Assembly (NCBI GenBank): GCA_963755125.1
Contig: CAVWIP010000011.1
Location: 73,304-137,303, forward strand
Length of the DNA: 64,000 nt
Source: an uncultured delta proteobacterium
Lineage (GTDB): Bacteria; Myxococcota_A; Polyangia; Fen-1088
Direction of reading: 5' to 3'
Positions 1 through 9,553 of the stretch are shown here, piece after piece. Every line of letters starts with the position of its first letter. Within the stretch, counting starts at the first letter, position 1. Under the pieces are notes generated by a model. It was not told the DNA's origin, ran no database searches, and saw only the letters and a program-made list of their open reading frames with translations. Both the position numbers and the translations under genes were made by a program.

Positions 1-383
1 GCCGGGATCTCACCTGGCTCTTCAATACGACGCACATGCAGTCCTTGCAGAATCTCGAAGAATTGCCTCTGGTCGCGCGCTCGGTGCTGAACTACGGCAT
101 TCCCGACTTGGCGGGTCGGACAGCGTCGAGTCTGGACCCAGTTGAGCTGGGACAGATGATCCGTCAAGCCATCCTGAACTTCGAACCCCGCCTGGATCGC
201 AATTCGGTGAGGGTGCGCCCCGCCCTGGACGACGGCCAGATGAACCACAATGCCCTGTCTTTCGACGTGGAGGCGGAGCTATGGGCCCAGCCTCTGCCGT
301 TGCGCCTGTTCCTGCGAACCGCGGTCGATCTGGAGACCGGCAGCGTGGAAGTGACCGACCAGTTCGGCAAGGGGAGCCTGTAA
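1..383 (+). CDS. tssE: Type VI secretion baseplate protein TssE (gp25-like), 5'-truncated by the window edge
   Basis: The reading frame is open to position 3. Motifs match TssE/gp25: (D/N)LTWLFNT and ILNFEPRL. The stop TAA overlaps the tssF ATG (TAATG at 381-385). Confidence 0.75.
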   Translation, partial: RDLTWLFNTTHMQSLQNLEELPLVARSVLNYGIPDLAGRTASSLDPVELGQMIRQAILNFEPRLDRNSVRVRPALDDGQMNHNALSFDVEAELWAQPLPLRLFLRTAVDLETGSVEVTDQFGKGSL

Positions 384-2251
384 TGGATCCCCGGGTGCTG
401 GGCCACTACAACCGTGAGCTACAGTACCTGCGAGAAATGGGCGGGGAGTTCGCCCGCGAGTTCCCCAAGATCGCGGGCCGGCTGGGCCTGGAGTCGTTGG
501 AGTGTTCCGACCCGTATGTCGAGCGTCTGCTCGAGTCCTTCGCCTTCTTGGCCGCCCGGGTCCAGCTCAAGATCGACGCTGAATTCCCGCGCTTCAGCCA
601 GCACCTGCTGCAAATGGTCTACCCCCACATTCTGGCGCCCACGCCGTCGATGGCGGTGCTGGAGCTGCAGCCCAATTTGTCCGAAGGCGCGCTGGCCGAT
701 GGCTTTCGCGTCGCGCGCGGGACTGCCTTGCGCAGCCTGGCCGGCCGGAGCGCAGGGACCGCCTGCGAGTACCGCACGGCTCACGAACTGGCGCTGTGGC
801 CACTGGAATTGGTGGGCGCCGAATACACGTCGTTCTTGGCTGATCTCGGCTCACTCCGGCTTTCTGGCAAAGGCAAGGCGGCGCTGCGGCTGCGACTGCG
901 TGCCGCGGCCGGGTTGACCATGGATCACCTGGCCCTAGAGAAATTGCCCATCTTCTTGCGCGGCGGCGACGAAATCGCCATGCGACTGTACGAGTTGTTG
1001 ATGGCCCACACCGTGACGCTGGTCGCCCGGCCAGGGGGACCGGGCCAACCGGGGTGCCAGGTCATGGCCGATGCAAGTGTGAGCCCGCTGGGGTTCGACG
1101 ACGACCAGGCCTTGCTTCCCTACGGACCACGCTGCTTCCAAGGCTATCGACTGTTGCAGGAATATTTCGCGTTTCCCAGTCGCTACATGTTCTTCGACCT
1201 TTGCGGGCTGCAACACGCCGTGCGCCGTTGCACCGACACCGAGCTGGAGATCATCGTCGTCTTCGACACCCAGGATCCGCGCCTGGAAAAGGCGGTCGGT
1301 CTCTCCCAGTTCGCACTCTTCTGTGCACCCGCGGTGAATCTGTTTCCCCGGCGTGCCGATCGCATCCACCTGGGCGCGAGCGCCAGCGAGTACCACGTAG
1401 TGCCTGACCGGACTCGGCCCATGGATTTCGAGGTCCACGCCGTTACCGAGGTAGTCGGCTATGGCACCGGCAGCGACGAGAAGCAGGAGTTTCTGCCCCT
1501 TTATGCGACCAATGACCAATCACCCGCGGCCGGCAGGGCCTACTACACCGTGCACCGCCAACCACGCTTGCTCTCGGCCAAGCAGCGCGCGCAAGGAGCT
1601 CGTTCGAGCTATGCAGGCAGCGAGGTATTCTTGGCCTTGGTCGATCCCGACGAGGCGCCCTTCCCATCGCGGCTCAAGCAGCTCGCGGTGGCCGTGACCT
1701 GCACCAACCGCGATCTGCCGCTGCACCTGCCGCTCGGCCAGGGCTCAAGCGATTTCTCGCTGGAAACCGGCGCTCCGGTGGCGGCGGTTCGCTGCGTGGC
1801 GGGCCCGACTCCCCCGCGCGCCTCGTGCGCCCACGGGGATCCGACCTGGAGGTTGATCAGCCACCTGTCGCTCAACTACCTGTCTCTCACCGACGCCGCG
1901 GACGGTGGCGGGGCCTCCGCCCTGCGTGAACTGCTTGCTCTCTACGGCGATTCGGGCGATGCGGTGATCCGCCGACAGATCGAGGGCGTCCGCTCGGTCG
2001 CGTCGCAGCCGGTGACCAGGCGCTTGCCCTTGCCGGGACCGGCCGCCTTCGCTCGCGGCACCGAGGTCACGCTCACCTGCGACGAAACTGCCTTCGAGGG
2101 AATGGGCGTCTTTCTCCTGGGGGCCGTGCTGGAACGATTCTTCAGCAAGTACACCTCCATCAACTCCTTCACCGAGACTGCGCTTCACACGGTACAGCGC
2201 GGGGAAATTGCCCGATGGCCAGCCCGGCTGGGACGCCGCCCGTTGCTGTAG
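383..2251 (+). CDS. tssF: Type VI secretion baseplate protein TssF (ImpG/VasA family)
   Basis: N-terminus MDPRVLGHYNRELQYLREMGGEFAREFPKIAGRLGL is typical of TssF. Length 622 aa. ATG at 383 overlaps the tssE stop. Confidence 0.85.
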   Translation: MDPRVLGHYNRELQYLREMGGEFAREFPKIAGRLGLESLECSDPYVERLLESFAFLAARVQLKIDAEFPRFSQHLLQMVYPHILAPTPSMAVLELQPNLSEGALADGFRVARGTALRSLAGRSAGTACEYRTAHELALWPLELVGAEYTSFLADLGSLRLSGKGKAALRLRLRAAAGLTMDHLALEKLPIFLRGGDEIAMRLYELLMAHTVTLVARPGGPGQPGCQVMADASVSPLGFDDDQALLPYGPRCFQGYRLLQEYFAFPSRYMFFDLCGLQHAVRRCTDTELEIIVVFDTQDPRLEKAVGLSQFALFCAPAVNLFPRRADRIHLGASASEYHVVPDRTRPMDFEVHAVTEVVGYGTGSDEKQEFLPLYATNDQSPAAGRAYYTVHRQPRLLSAKQRAQGARSSYAGSEVFLALVDPDEAPFPSRLKQLAVAVTCTNRDLPLHLPLGQGSSDFSLETGAPVAAVRCVAGPTPPRASCAHGDPTWRLISHLSLNYLSLTDAADGGGASALRELLALYGDSGDAVIRRQIEGVRSVASQPVTRRLPLPGPAAFARGTEVTLTCDETAFEGMGVFLLGAVLERFFSKYTSINSFTETALHTVQRGEIARWPARLGRRPLL

Positions 2252-3327
2252 AAGATCCCGCAGCGGGCACTTCCCCTGGCACCGGGGAACTGCTGCGCAC
2301 GCTGGAAGGCGCGCCCCATCGATTCGATTTCTTCGATGTGTTGCGACGTTTCGAGTGCGCCTATCCGCAAAGCGCGCGTCTCGGTCGAGCCGCGCGCCCG
2401 TCCGACGAACCGATCCGACTGGGCCAGGAACCGTCCCTAGAATTTGCTCCATCGACAGTGGCGTCTTTCACGCCGGCCGCTGGTGGCACACCGCCGTGTC
2501 TTTCGCTGCACTTTCTCGGGTTGCTTGGTCCCAACGGGCCGTTGCCCATCCACCTGACCGACTATGCGCGCGATCGCGTGCGCAACGCGGGTGACTTTGC
2601 GCTGGTCCGCTTCCTCGACATCTTTCACCACCGGATGCTCGCGCTCTTCTATCGCGCCTGGGCCGACGCCCAGCCCACGGTCAGCCTCGATAGGCCGGCC
2701 CAAGACCGATTCTCCACCTACGTCGGGTCTTTGCTGGGCCTGGGAATGCCGTCGCTTCGCCATCGCGACGAGTTCCCGGACCGGGCCAAGCTGCACTTCG
2801 CCGGCCGCTTCGCCGCGCAGCCGCGCAACTGTGAGGGATTGACCGCGATACTGGACGCCTTCTTTGTCTTGCCGGTCACCGTGGAAGAGTTCGTGGGCGA
2901 ATGGTTGACTCTGCCCGAGAAAACGCGCTGGCGGCTGGGGCGCAGCCTCCCATCCGGAATTCTGGGCCAGAGCACGGTGGCTGGCGCGCGGACCTGGCAG
3001 CGTCAAGGCAAGTTCCGCATCGTGTTCGGGCCGCTGCACGAGGACGACTTCCACAGCCTGTTGCCCGGCCAGGCAAGGTTGCGGCGCCTGGTCGCGCTGG
3101 TGCGCAACTACGTCGGCGATTCACTGAACTGGGATGTACGGCTTCATCTTGCGGATCGGGTGACAAGACCATTCCGTCTGGGCTGTGCCGCGCGGCTGGG
3201 CTGGACCTCGTGGCTGGGGCGATGCCCGCAGGGCGAGCGCCGGCAAGATGTGATCCTGAACCCACTGAGGCAAGACGCGGCTGCAGTGTCCGGCCTGAAA
3301 AACAGCAGGAGTATTGAGAATGTCTGA
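2215..3327 (+). CDS. tssG: Type VI secretion baseplate protein TssG (ImpH/VasB family)
   Basis: FDFFDVLRRFE motif near the N-terminus and 370 aa length. Overlaps the tssF 3' end; the stop overlaps the clpV start. Confidence 0.8.
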   Translation: MASPAGTPPVAVEDPAAGTSPGTGELLRTLEGAPHRFDFFDVLRRFECAYPQSARLGRAARPSDEPIRLGQEPSLEFAPSTVASFTPAAGGTPPCLSLHFLGLLGPNGPLPIHLTDYARDRVRNAGDFALVRFLDIFHHRMLALFYRAWADAQPTVSLDRPAQDRFSTYVGSLLGLGMPSLRHRDEFPDRAKLHFAGRFAAQPRNCEGLTAILDAFFVLPVTVEEFVGEWLTLPEKTRWRLGRSLPSGILGQSTVAGARTWQRQGKFRIVFGPLHEDDFHSLLPGQARLRRLVALVRNYVGDSLNWDVRLHLADRVTRPFRLGCAARLGWTSWLGRCPQGERRQDVILNPLRQDAAAVSGLKNSRSIENV

Positions 3328-5971
3328 AATCGCGCGCGTTTCTCTTTTCGGCAAGCTGAACAGCCTGGGCTACAAGGCCATCGAAAGCGCCACTGTCTTC
3401 TGCAAGCTGCGTGGCAACCCCTATGTCGAACTGGTCCACTGGCTCAATCAGATCCTGCAATTGCCGGACTCGGATCTGCACCACATCCTGCATGAGTTTC
3501 GCATCGATTCTTCGCGCCTGGCGCGCGACCTGACAGCGACCCTGGACCAGCTTCCGCGCGGGGCCACCTCGATCTCTGATCTGTCCTCCCATATCGAGGA
3601 GGCGGTCGAGCGCGGGTGGGTGTACGCGACCCTGCTTTTCGGCGAGTCGCAGGTGCGAACCGGGCACCTGGCAGTGGGAATCCTAAAGACTCCGAGTCTC
3701 AGAAATTCCCTTTCTGCCATTTCGCGCGAGTTCGACAAGGTGAAGGTCGAGCAGCTGACCGACCGATGGAGCGCCATCGTGAAGGGCTCGCCCGAGGAAG
3801 CCATGAGCGCAAGCGACGAGTTCCGGGTCTGCGCTTCGCCCGGGGAATCCATCGCGGCCATGGCCCCGGCTGCCCTGGGCAAACAAGAAGCGCTGCACAG
3901 ATTCTCGGTTGACCTGACCGAGCGCGCGCGAAATGGAGAGATAGATTCCATCGTGGGGCGTGACGAGGAAATCCGGCAGATCGTCGACATCCTCATGCGC
4001 CGGCGGCAGAACAACCCCATCCTCACCGGCGAAGCCGGGGTTGGCAAGACCGCGGTGGTCGAGGGGTTCGCCCAGCGCATTGCCAGCGGCGACGTGCCCT
4101 TGCCTCTGCGGGACGTGTCGCTGCGGGCGCTGGACATCGGACTGCTGCAAGCCGGCGCCAGCATGAAGGGCGAGTTCGAGAATCGCCTGCGCCAGCTCAT
4201 CGACGAGGTTCAGGCATCAGCGCAACCGATCATCCTGTTCATCGACGAGGCCCATACCTTGATCGGTGCCGGCGGCGCCGCGGGCACAGGCGACGCGGCC
4301 AACCTGCTTAAGCCGGCCCTGGCGCGCGGCCAACTGCGCACCATCGCGGCCACCACCTGGGCCGAGTACAAGAAGCACATCGAGAAGGATCCGGCGCTCA
4401 CCCGGCGGTTCCAGGTGGTGCAGGTGGGCGAGCCCGACGAGGCCAAAGCACTGCTCATGATGCGAGGGACGGCATCCGCGCTGGAGAAGCACCATCGAGT
4501 TCTCGTACTCGACGAGGCGCTCGAAACGGCGGTCAAGCTGTCCCGCCGGTACATTCCGGCCCGCCAGTTGCCCGACAAGGCGGTCAGCCTGCTCGACACC
4601 TGCTGTGCGCGAGTCGCCATCAGTCAGCACGCAGTGCCGGCCGAGGTCGAGGACAGCCGCCGCCGTATCCAGGGCCTGGAGACCGAGTTGGAGATCATTC
4701 TTCGAGAAGCGGCCTTGGGCATGACTGGCGACGCTGGTCACGAAAGGATCGTTCAAGACAAACTGGAAGCGGAAAGGCAACGGCTGGCCGGCCTGGAGCA
4801 GCGCTGGGCCGCGGAGAAGAAGCTGGTCGATCGCATTCTCGATCTGCGGAGCAAGCTGCGGGGAAGCCCTGAGTCGCCCGAGCGAAGCGCCTGGCTGGAC
4901 GAACTACACATGGCCCAGGCTGCGCTCGGCAAGCTGCAGGGCGAGCAACCCTTGATTCTGCCCACCGTGGATCAGCAGGTGGTGGCTTCCGTGGTGGGCG
5001 ATTGGACCGGCATCCCGGTGGGCCGCATGGTGAAGAACGAGATCGAGACCGTGCTGAGGCTGGCCGAGACCCTCGGCCAACGCGTGCTCGGCCAGGGCCA
5101 CGCCCTGGACATGATTGCCCGCCGGATCCAGACCTCGCGCGCCGGGATCGAAAACCCCAGCAAGCCCGTCGGTGTGTTCATGCTGGCCGGACCTTCCGGC
5201 GTCGGAAAAACCGAGACCGCGCTGGCCCTGGCTGAGACGTTGTATGGAGGCGAGCAGAACGCCATCACGATCAACATGAGCGAATTCCAGGAGGCGCACA
5301 GCGTGTCCACGCTCAAGGGCGCGCCCCCTGGCTACGTCGGCTACGGCGAGGGCGGCGTGCTGACCGAGGCGGTCCGGCGCCGCCCCTACAGCGTGGTGCT
5401 GCTCGACGAGGTGGAAAAAGCCCATCCCGACGTACACGAGATCTTCTTCCAGGTCTTTGACAAGGGCTGGATGGAAGACGGCGAAGGCCGGGGCATCGAT
5501 TTCAAGAACACCCTGATCTTCCTCACCACCAATGTGGGCAGCGAGCTGATCCTCGGCCTTTGCAAAGATCCCGACGCGCGGCCCGATCCCGAGCAGATCG
5601 CTCGGGCGTTGCGCAAGCCGCTGCTGCGAGCCTTCCCCGCGGCCCTTCTCGGCCGCATGGTCACCATCCCCTACTATCCGCTCAGCGACCAAATGATCGG
5701 CAACATCGCACGCTTGCAGCTCGACCGCGTGGCCAGGCGCGTACAGGAGAGCCACCGCATCCCGTTCAGCTACGACAACGCGGTCGTGAAGCTGATCGCC
5801 GACCGTTGCACCGAGTTGGAGAGCGGCGGTCGCATGATCGACTCGATCCTGACCAACACCCTGCTGCCCCGGATCAGCCAGGAGCTGCTCACCCGCATGA
5901 TGGAGGCCAGGCCCGTCACCAGAATCGCGACGACTGTGACCGGCGGCGAATTACAGTTCGCGTTTGATTGA
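3320..5971 (+). CDS. tssH: Type VI secretion AAA+ ATPase ClpV/TssH
   Basis: ClpV N-domain ([46 protein letters not shown]). Two AAA modules with Walker A motifs GEAGVGKTA and [17 protein letters not shown] lies before the ATG at 3320; the track start at 3314 is a TTG. Confidence 0.9.
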   Translation: MSEIARVSLFGKLNSLGYKAIESATVFCKLRGNPYVELVHWLNQILQLPDSDLHHILHEFRIDSSRLARDLTATLDQLPRGATSISDLSSHIEEAVERGWVYATLLFGESQVRTGHLAVGILKTPSLRNSLSAISREFDKVKVEQLTDRWSAIVKGSPEEAMSASDEFRVCASPGESIAAMAPAALGKQEALHRFSVDLTERARNGEIDSIVGRDEEIRQIVDILMRRRQNNPILTGEAGVGKTAVVEGFAQRIASGDVPLPLRDVSLRALDIGLLQAGASMKGEFENRLRQLIDEVQASAQPIILFIDEAHTLIGAGGAAGTGDAANLLKPALARGQLRTIAATTWAEYKKHIEKDPALTRRFQVVQVGEPDEAKALLMMRGTASALEKHHRVLVLDEALETAVKLSRRYIPARQLPDKAVSLLDTCCARVAISQHAVPAEVEDSRRRIQGLETELEIILREAALGMTGDAGHERIVQDKLEAERQRLAGLEQRWAAEKKLVDRILDLRSKLRGSPESPERSAWLDELHMAQAALGKLQGEQPLILPTVDQQVVASVVGDWTGIPVGRMVKNEIETVLRLAETLGQRVLGQGHALDMIARRIQTSRAGIENPSKPVGVFMLAGPSGVGKTETALALAETLYGGEQNAITINMSEFQEAHSVSTLKGAPPGYVGYGEGGVLTEAVRRRPYSVVLLDEVEKAHPDVHEIFFQVFDKGWMEDGEGRGIDFKNTLIFLTTNVGSELILGLCKDPDARPDPEQIARALRKPLLRAFPAALLGRMVTIPYYPLSDQMIGNIARLQLDRVARRVQESHRIPFSYDNAVVKLIADRCTELESGGRMIDSILTNTLLPRISQELLTRMMEARPVTRIATTVTGGELQFAFD

Positions 5972-6053
5972 TTGCCAGCAAGAAGAACCGCGTGCTGCGG
6001 CTGGCCGAACTGGCGGCACCTCGACCAGTGCGTATTGGAGTAAACTGTCAGTC

Positions 6054-7448
6054 ATGGGCGAACAAGCGTCGTCAGAGAAGTCCCTTCCGCTCAAGTTGCG
6101 CACTCACGCTCCGATCCTTCTGGCAGCAACTCTGTTCGGCTGTGGTTCATCGGGTAGCAACTCGGTCGGCGCGCAGGATGCGAGCGCAGGTGGCACCGCT
6201 GGATCCAGCAGCGCGGCCGTGGCCGGCGCTGGTGGTGGCGGCGCAGCGGGAGCCAGCAGTGCGACCGTGGCCGGTTCCAGTGGCGGTGGTTCGACTGGCA
6301 CGTGCCTGGGCGCGCAGGTGCTGGCCGATCTGGGCAAGGCGCATGTGCTGGCCGGCGCTTCGATGGAGGACGCGACAGCGGCCACGGTGAAGGCCGACCT
6401 GCGCTACCAGTATCTTTCTGGTGGGATCTTCGACGGCACCTCGCCCTGCACCTCGTGCGCATCGGGCTGCACGACCAATGGAACTTCCTGCGCGAACACC
6501 GTGGGCTGCGCCTGGTGGGGTTGCTGGCAGTACGACCAGGATCCGCCCGGCGCCTATGTTCGCAACTTCGTGTCCACGGCCAAGGGCAACAGCCAGATCC
6601 CCATGTTCACCTACTACCAGATTCTGCAAGCCAGCGGCGCGACCGAGGACGCCGGCGAGGTTGCCGCGGCCAACAACGCCGCTTTCATGGCGCGGTATTT
6701 TGCCGACTTTCGTTTCGTCTTGCAGAACATCGGCAGCGACACCGCCCTGGTACACATCGAGCCCGATTTCTGGGGCTATGCCGAGCAGGTGAACAGCAAT
6801 CCGCACTCGATCCCGGCCGCGGTCGCCTCGGCCAACTCCACTGACTGCGCCGGCACCGAGAACAGCATCGCGGGCCTGGGCAATTGCGTAATCGCGATGG
6901 CGCGCAAGTACGCCCCCAAGGTGCGCATCGGCCTGCACGGCTCGGGCTGGGGCACCGACATCGACGTGCTGGCCAATACCAGCGCCTCGCTCAACGTACC
7001 CGCCGAGGCCAAGAAACTGGCGGATTTCCTGGTCGCCTGCGGAGCCGCCACCGGCGACTTCATCGTGGTCGACGCCAGCGATCGCGACGCCGGCTACTAT
7101 CAGAGCATCGGCCGCAACACCTGGTGGGACGCAACCAACGCCACCCTGCCCGACTTCACCCAGGCCTTCACCTGGGCCAAGGCCCTGGCCGAAGAGGCCG
7201 GCACCGGCGTGCTATGGTGGCAGCTTCCGGTGGGCAACATGAACCTGCCCAACCAGACCAACGCCTGGAAGGACAACCGCGTGGACTACTTTTTCGGCCA
7301 CACCGACGAGCTGGCGGCCAGTCACTCCGTCGGGATGGCGTTCGGCGCCGGCGATGCCAACCAGACCACGCCCGAGACCGACGGGGGCAACCTGGTGTCC
7401 AAGCTGAACGCCTACGCCGCCTCCGGCGGACAGGCCTACTGTCCCTAG
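6054..7448 (+). CDS. Secreted lipoprotein with Gly/Ala/Ser-rich linker, Cys-rich module and possible glycoside-hydrolase-like (TIM barrel) C-terminal region
   Basis: Lipobox LLAATLFGC|GSS after an in-frame ATG at 6054. Low-complexity GGTAGSSSAAVAGAGGGGAAG linker. Cys-rich motif CTSCASGCTTNGTSCANTVGCAWWGCW. The C-terminal region contains HIEPDFWGY and WWQLPVGN; the functional assignment is weak. Confidence 0.6.
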   Translation: MGEQASSEKSLPLKLRTHAPILLAATLFGCGSSGSNSVGAQDASAGGTAGSSSAAVAGAGGGGAAGASSATVAGSSGGGSTGTCLGAQVLADLGKAHVLAGASMEDATAATVKADLRYQYLSGGIFDGTSPCTSCASGCTTNGTSCANTVGCAWWGCWQYDQDPPGAYVRNFVSTAKGNSQIPMFTYYQILQASGATEDAGEVAAANNAAFMARYFADFRFVLQNIGSDTALVHIEPDFWGYAEQVNSNPHSIPAAVASANSTDCAGTENSIAGLGNCVIAMARKYAPKVRIGLHGSGWGTDIDVLANTSASLNVPAEAKKLADFLVACGAATGDFIVVDASDRDAGYYQSIGRNTWWDATNATLPDFTQAFTWAKALAEEAGTGVLWWQLPVGNMNLPNQTNAWKDNRVDYFFGHTDELAASHSVGMAFGAGDANQTTPETDGGNLVSKLNAYAASGGQAYCP

Positions 7449-7451
7449 CGC

Positions 7452-7497
7452 CGCCGGTCAAAAATTGTCGAGGGGAGAGGCGATCGAGGCGCCCGGC
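7452..7497 (+). repeat. Conserved ~40-bp 3'-flank motif, copy 1 (CCGGTCAAAAATTGTCGAGGGGAGAGGCGATCGAGGCGCC)
   Basis: Starts 4 nt after the stop of the 6054-7448 gene. About 33/40 identical to copy 2 at 9362-9405. Confidence 0.6.
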
Positions 7498-7688
7498 CGC
7501 TGCGCGGCCGCTGCCTGATCTGCAGCAACATCCTCGCGAAGAACAAAGACAGAATTTGCCGCCATTCGGACGACAGATGGGTCGTTCTCGTGACAATCCC
7601 GCGACGGGAACGTCAACCTTGCCGAAGCCTTTTTATTGGTCTTCTTTTGGTTTGACTGGCCACAGAAAGAAAGACTAGAAGGCCAGCC

Positions 7689-9272
7689 ATGCACACTTCC
7701 ATCCGCACGCACGTTGGTTCGAAAAACTCTGGCTGTCTCTTCGGTCTGGCCTTGCTCGGCATGCTCGGCGCCTGCACGGGGCGGAGCCCGGGCAAGAGCG
7801 TGGAAACTTCGCAGGAAGCGCTCACCGGCTCGTTCGCGATCTCGGGCGCGGTGACATCGTCGAAGGGTCCTGTCGTGGGTGCGACGGTGAAATTGGCAGG
7901 GTCGGAATCCCGGACTGCTTTCTCCGATGCGACCGGGCACTACTCGATTCCCGGGCTCGGCGTCGGCAGCTATCAGCTCTCGGCGTCCGCCAGTTCCACC
8001 TGCACGAGCTCGACGGTGCCACTCAACAACATGAACGCCAGCGTGACGGTCGACCTCGGATTGACCGGGACCGGCTGCGCATCGTTCGTCGGGGTGCTCG
8101 GGCCGACCGGTCCGGCGGGTCCGGCTGGTGCGCAGGGAAAGACTGGCGCGACTGGCGCGCAGGGGCCTGCGGGTGCGATCGGGCCCGCGGGTGCGGTCGG
8201 ACCTGCAGGTGCGATGGGACCTGCGGGTCCGCAAGGCGTTCCGGGCGTCCCGGGTCCACAAGGAGCCCCTGGGACTCCGGGGGCAGCCGGGCCTCAGGGC
8301 GCAGCAGGTCCGGCAGGTCCGGCAGGTCCAGCGGGCGCAGCCGGCCCGCAGGGCGCGACAGGTCCGCAGGGTCCGACCGGCCCCTCGGGAACTGCGACAC
8401 CACCACTCGTGGTCATTGGCTCAATGAGCTTCGGTACCTTGGTGACCAGCGCGCCAATCCGCACGTTCAGCCAGCGGGTGGACGTTCCGTGGGGTCTTTC
8501 CGGGCCAACAGGACAGGCGCAGCTTTCCGCGATCCAGATCAGCCGCGACACCGACGTCTCGAGTCCGAACCTCGCCCTCATCGCAGCGAACCAACAGGCG
8601 ACTTCCACGGCGCAAATCGTACTTGCCGGGGGCGCCCTTACCATCGGGTTGACCAACGTCATTCTCACTCAGTTCAGCACCGATTCGACCCAGGATGGCG
8701 CGCCCATCGAGCAGCTCACGCTGATCTTTACCAAGGAAACCTGGAGCTACGGCTCGTCGACGGTCACCTACGACCCCTCCTCGGAAAACGGCGGCAGCGG
8801 CGGCGGCCCCGTGGGCCCCAAGTTCGTGTTTTTCGGTCAAGGCGTCGACCCAAGCAGCTTCTCAAGTGAAACCCCCTTCTCCAAGCTCGTCATGTCGCTG
8901 ACCAGCCCGACCGGCACCGGCCCGGGTTCTGGCTTGGCCGGCAACACGGTATTTTCCCCACTGACGCTGGTAACCGGCGTTTCTGTGCAGACGCTTAGCG
9001 AGTTGGGCGCCGCCTTACGCCAGACCACCACTCAAGCTGTGACTGCTCATTTCACGGCGCTCGACAACAACAACGCGATCGTCGATCGCATGCGGTACGA
9101 CATGCAGAACGTTCAGGTGAGCACGGTGGCGATCGACACCGCCCCGGACGGAACGCTCCAGGACACCGTGGGATTCCAGCCTGCCAAGATCACGTGGACC
9201 GCGCAGTCACTCACCGGCGGTCCGAATGTGACGACTACGTGGAACATCGCCGGCGGGGGCCCAAGTCACTAG
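7689..9272 (+). CDS. Lipoprotein: carboxypeptidase-regulatory-like beta-sandwich + collagen-like triple-helix repeat (32 G-X-Y) + two tandem Hcp(TssD)-like domains
   Basis: Signal/lipobox LLGMLGAC|[36 protein letters not shown] resembles a CarbopepD_reg domain. Uninterrupted [10 protein letters not shown]...GPTGPSG run (aa 138-234). C-terminal segments align to Hcp motifs: [19 protein letters not shown]..., [13 protein letters not shown], then a second copy ([10 protein letters not shown] ... [11 protein letters not shown]). Confidence 0.75.
   Translation: MHTSIRTHVGSKNSGCLFGLALLGMLGACTGRSPGKSVETSQEALTGSFAISGAVTSSKGPVVGATVKLAGSESRTAFSDATGHYSIPGLGVGSYQLSASASSTCTSSTVPLNNMNASVTVDLGLTGTGCASFVGVLGPTGPAGPAGAQGKTGATGAQGPAGAIGPAGAVGPAGAMGPAGPQGVPGVPGPQGAPGTPGAAGPQGAAGPAGPAGPAGAAGPQGATGPQGPTGPSGTATPPLVVIGSMSFGTLVTSAPIRTFSQRVDVPWGLSGPTGQAQLSAIQISRDTDVSSPNLALIAANQQATSTAQIVLAGGALTIGLTNVILTQFSTDSTQDGAPIEQLTLIFTKETWSYGSSTVTYDPSSENGGSGGGPVGPKFVFFGQGVDPSSFSSETPFSKLVMSLTSPTGTGPGSGLAGNTVFSPLTLVTGVSVQTLSELGAALRQTTTQAVTAHFTALDNNNAIVDRMRYDMQNVQVSTVAIDTAPDGTLQDTVGFQPAKITWTAQSLTGGPNVTTTWNIAGGGPSH
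8100..8390 (+). repeat. Coding collagen-like G-X-Y triplet repeat (32 consecutive triplets)
   Basis: Gly at every third residue for 97 aa, with Pro/Ala/Gln-rich X and Y positions. Confidence 0.9.
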
Positions 9273-9361
9273 ACTTGATGGCACCGCGATCATCACGCTC
9301 ACATCGGCTGGGGTGGTCCCCACCAATGACGGCGCCGAGTGTGGCACGCCCGCCGCGCGCT

Positions 9362-9405
9362 AGGGCCTCCGGTCAGAAGTTGTGGAGGGGAGGGGCGGCC
9401 GAGCC
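9362..9405 (+). repeat. Conserved ~40-bp 3'-flank motif, copy 2 (CCGGTCAGAAGTTGTGGAGGGGAGGGGCGGCCGAGCCGAA)
   Basis: Lies about 90 nt after the stop of the collagen/Hcp-like gene. Shares the CCGGTCA-AA-TTGT-GAGGGGAG-GGCG-CGAG core with copy 1. Confidence 0.6.
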
Positions 9406-9553
9406 GAAGTGCAAGCTGGCGGCATCCTGGGTCGAGTAGCCGATAGCCGCTCTGCCCCCTGGCTTCCTGCCTGCGTTTTGCCCCGAGATCCGCTACTATC
9501 TGCCCGCGCGCCCCACCGGGGCTGCGATGAACCACCAGCGAGAGGCAGACACC

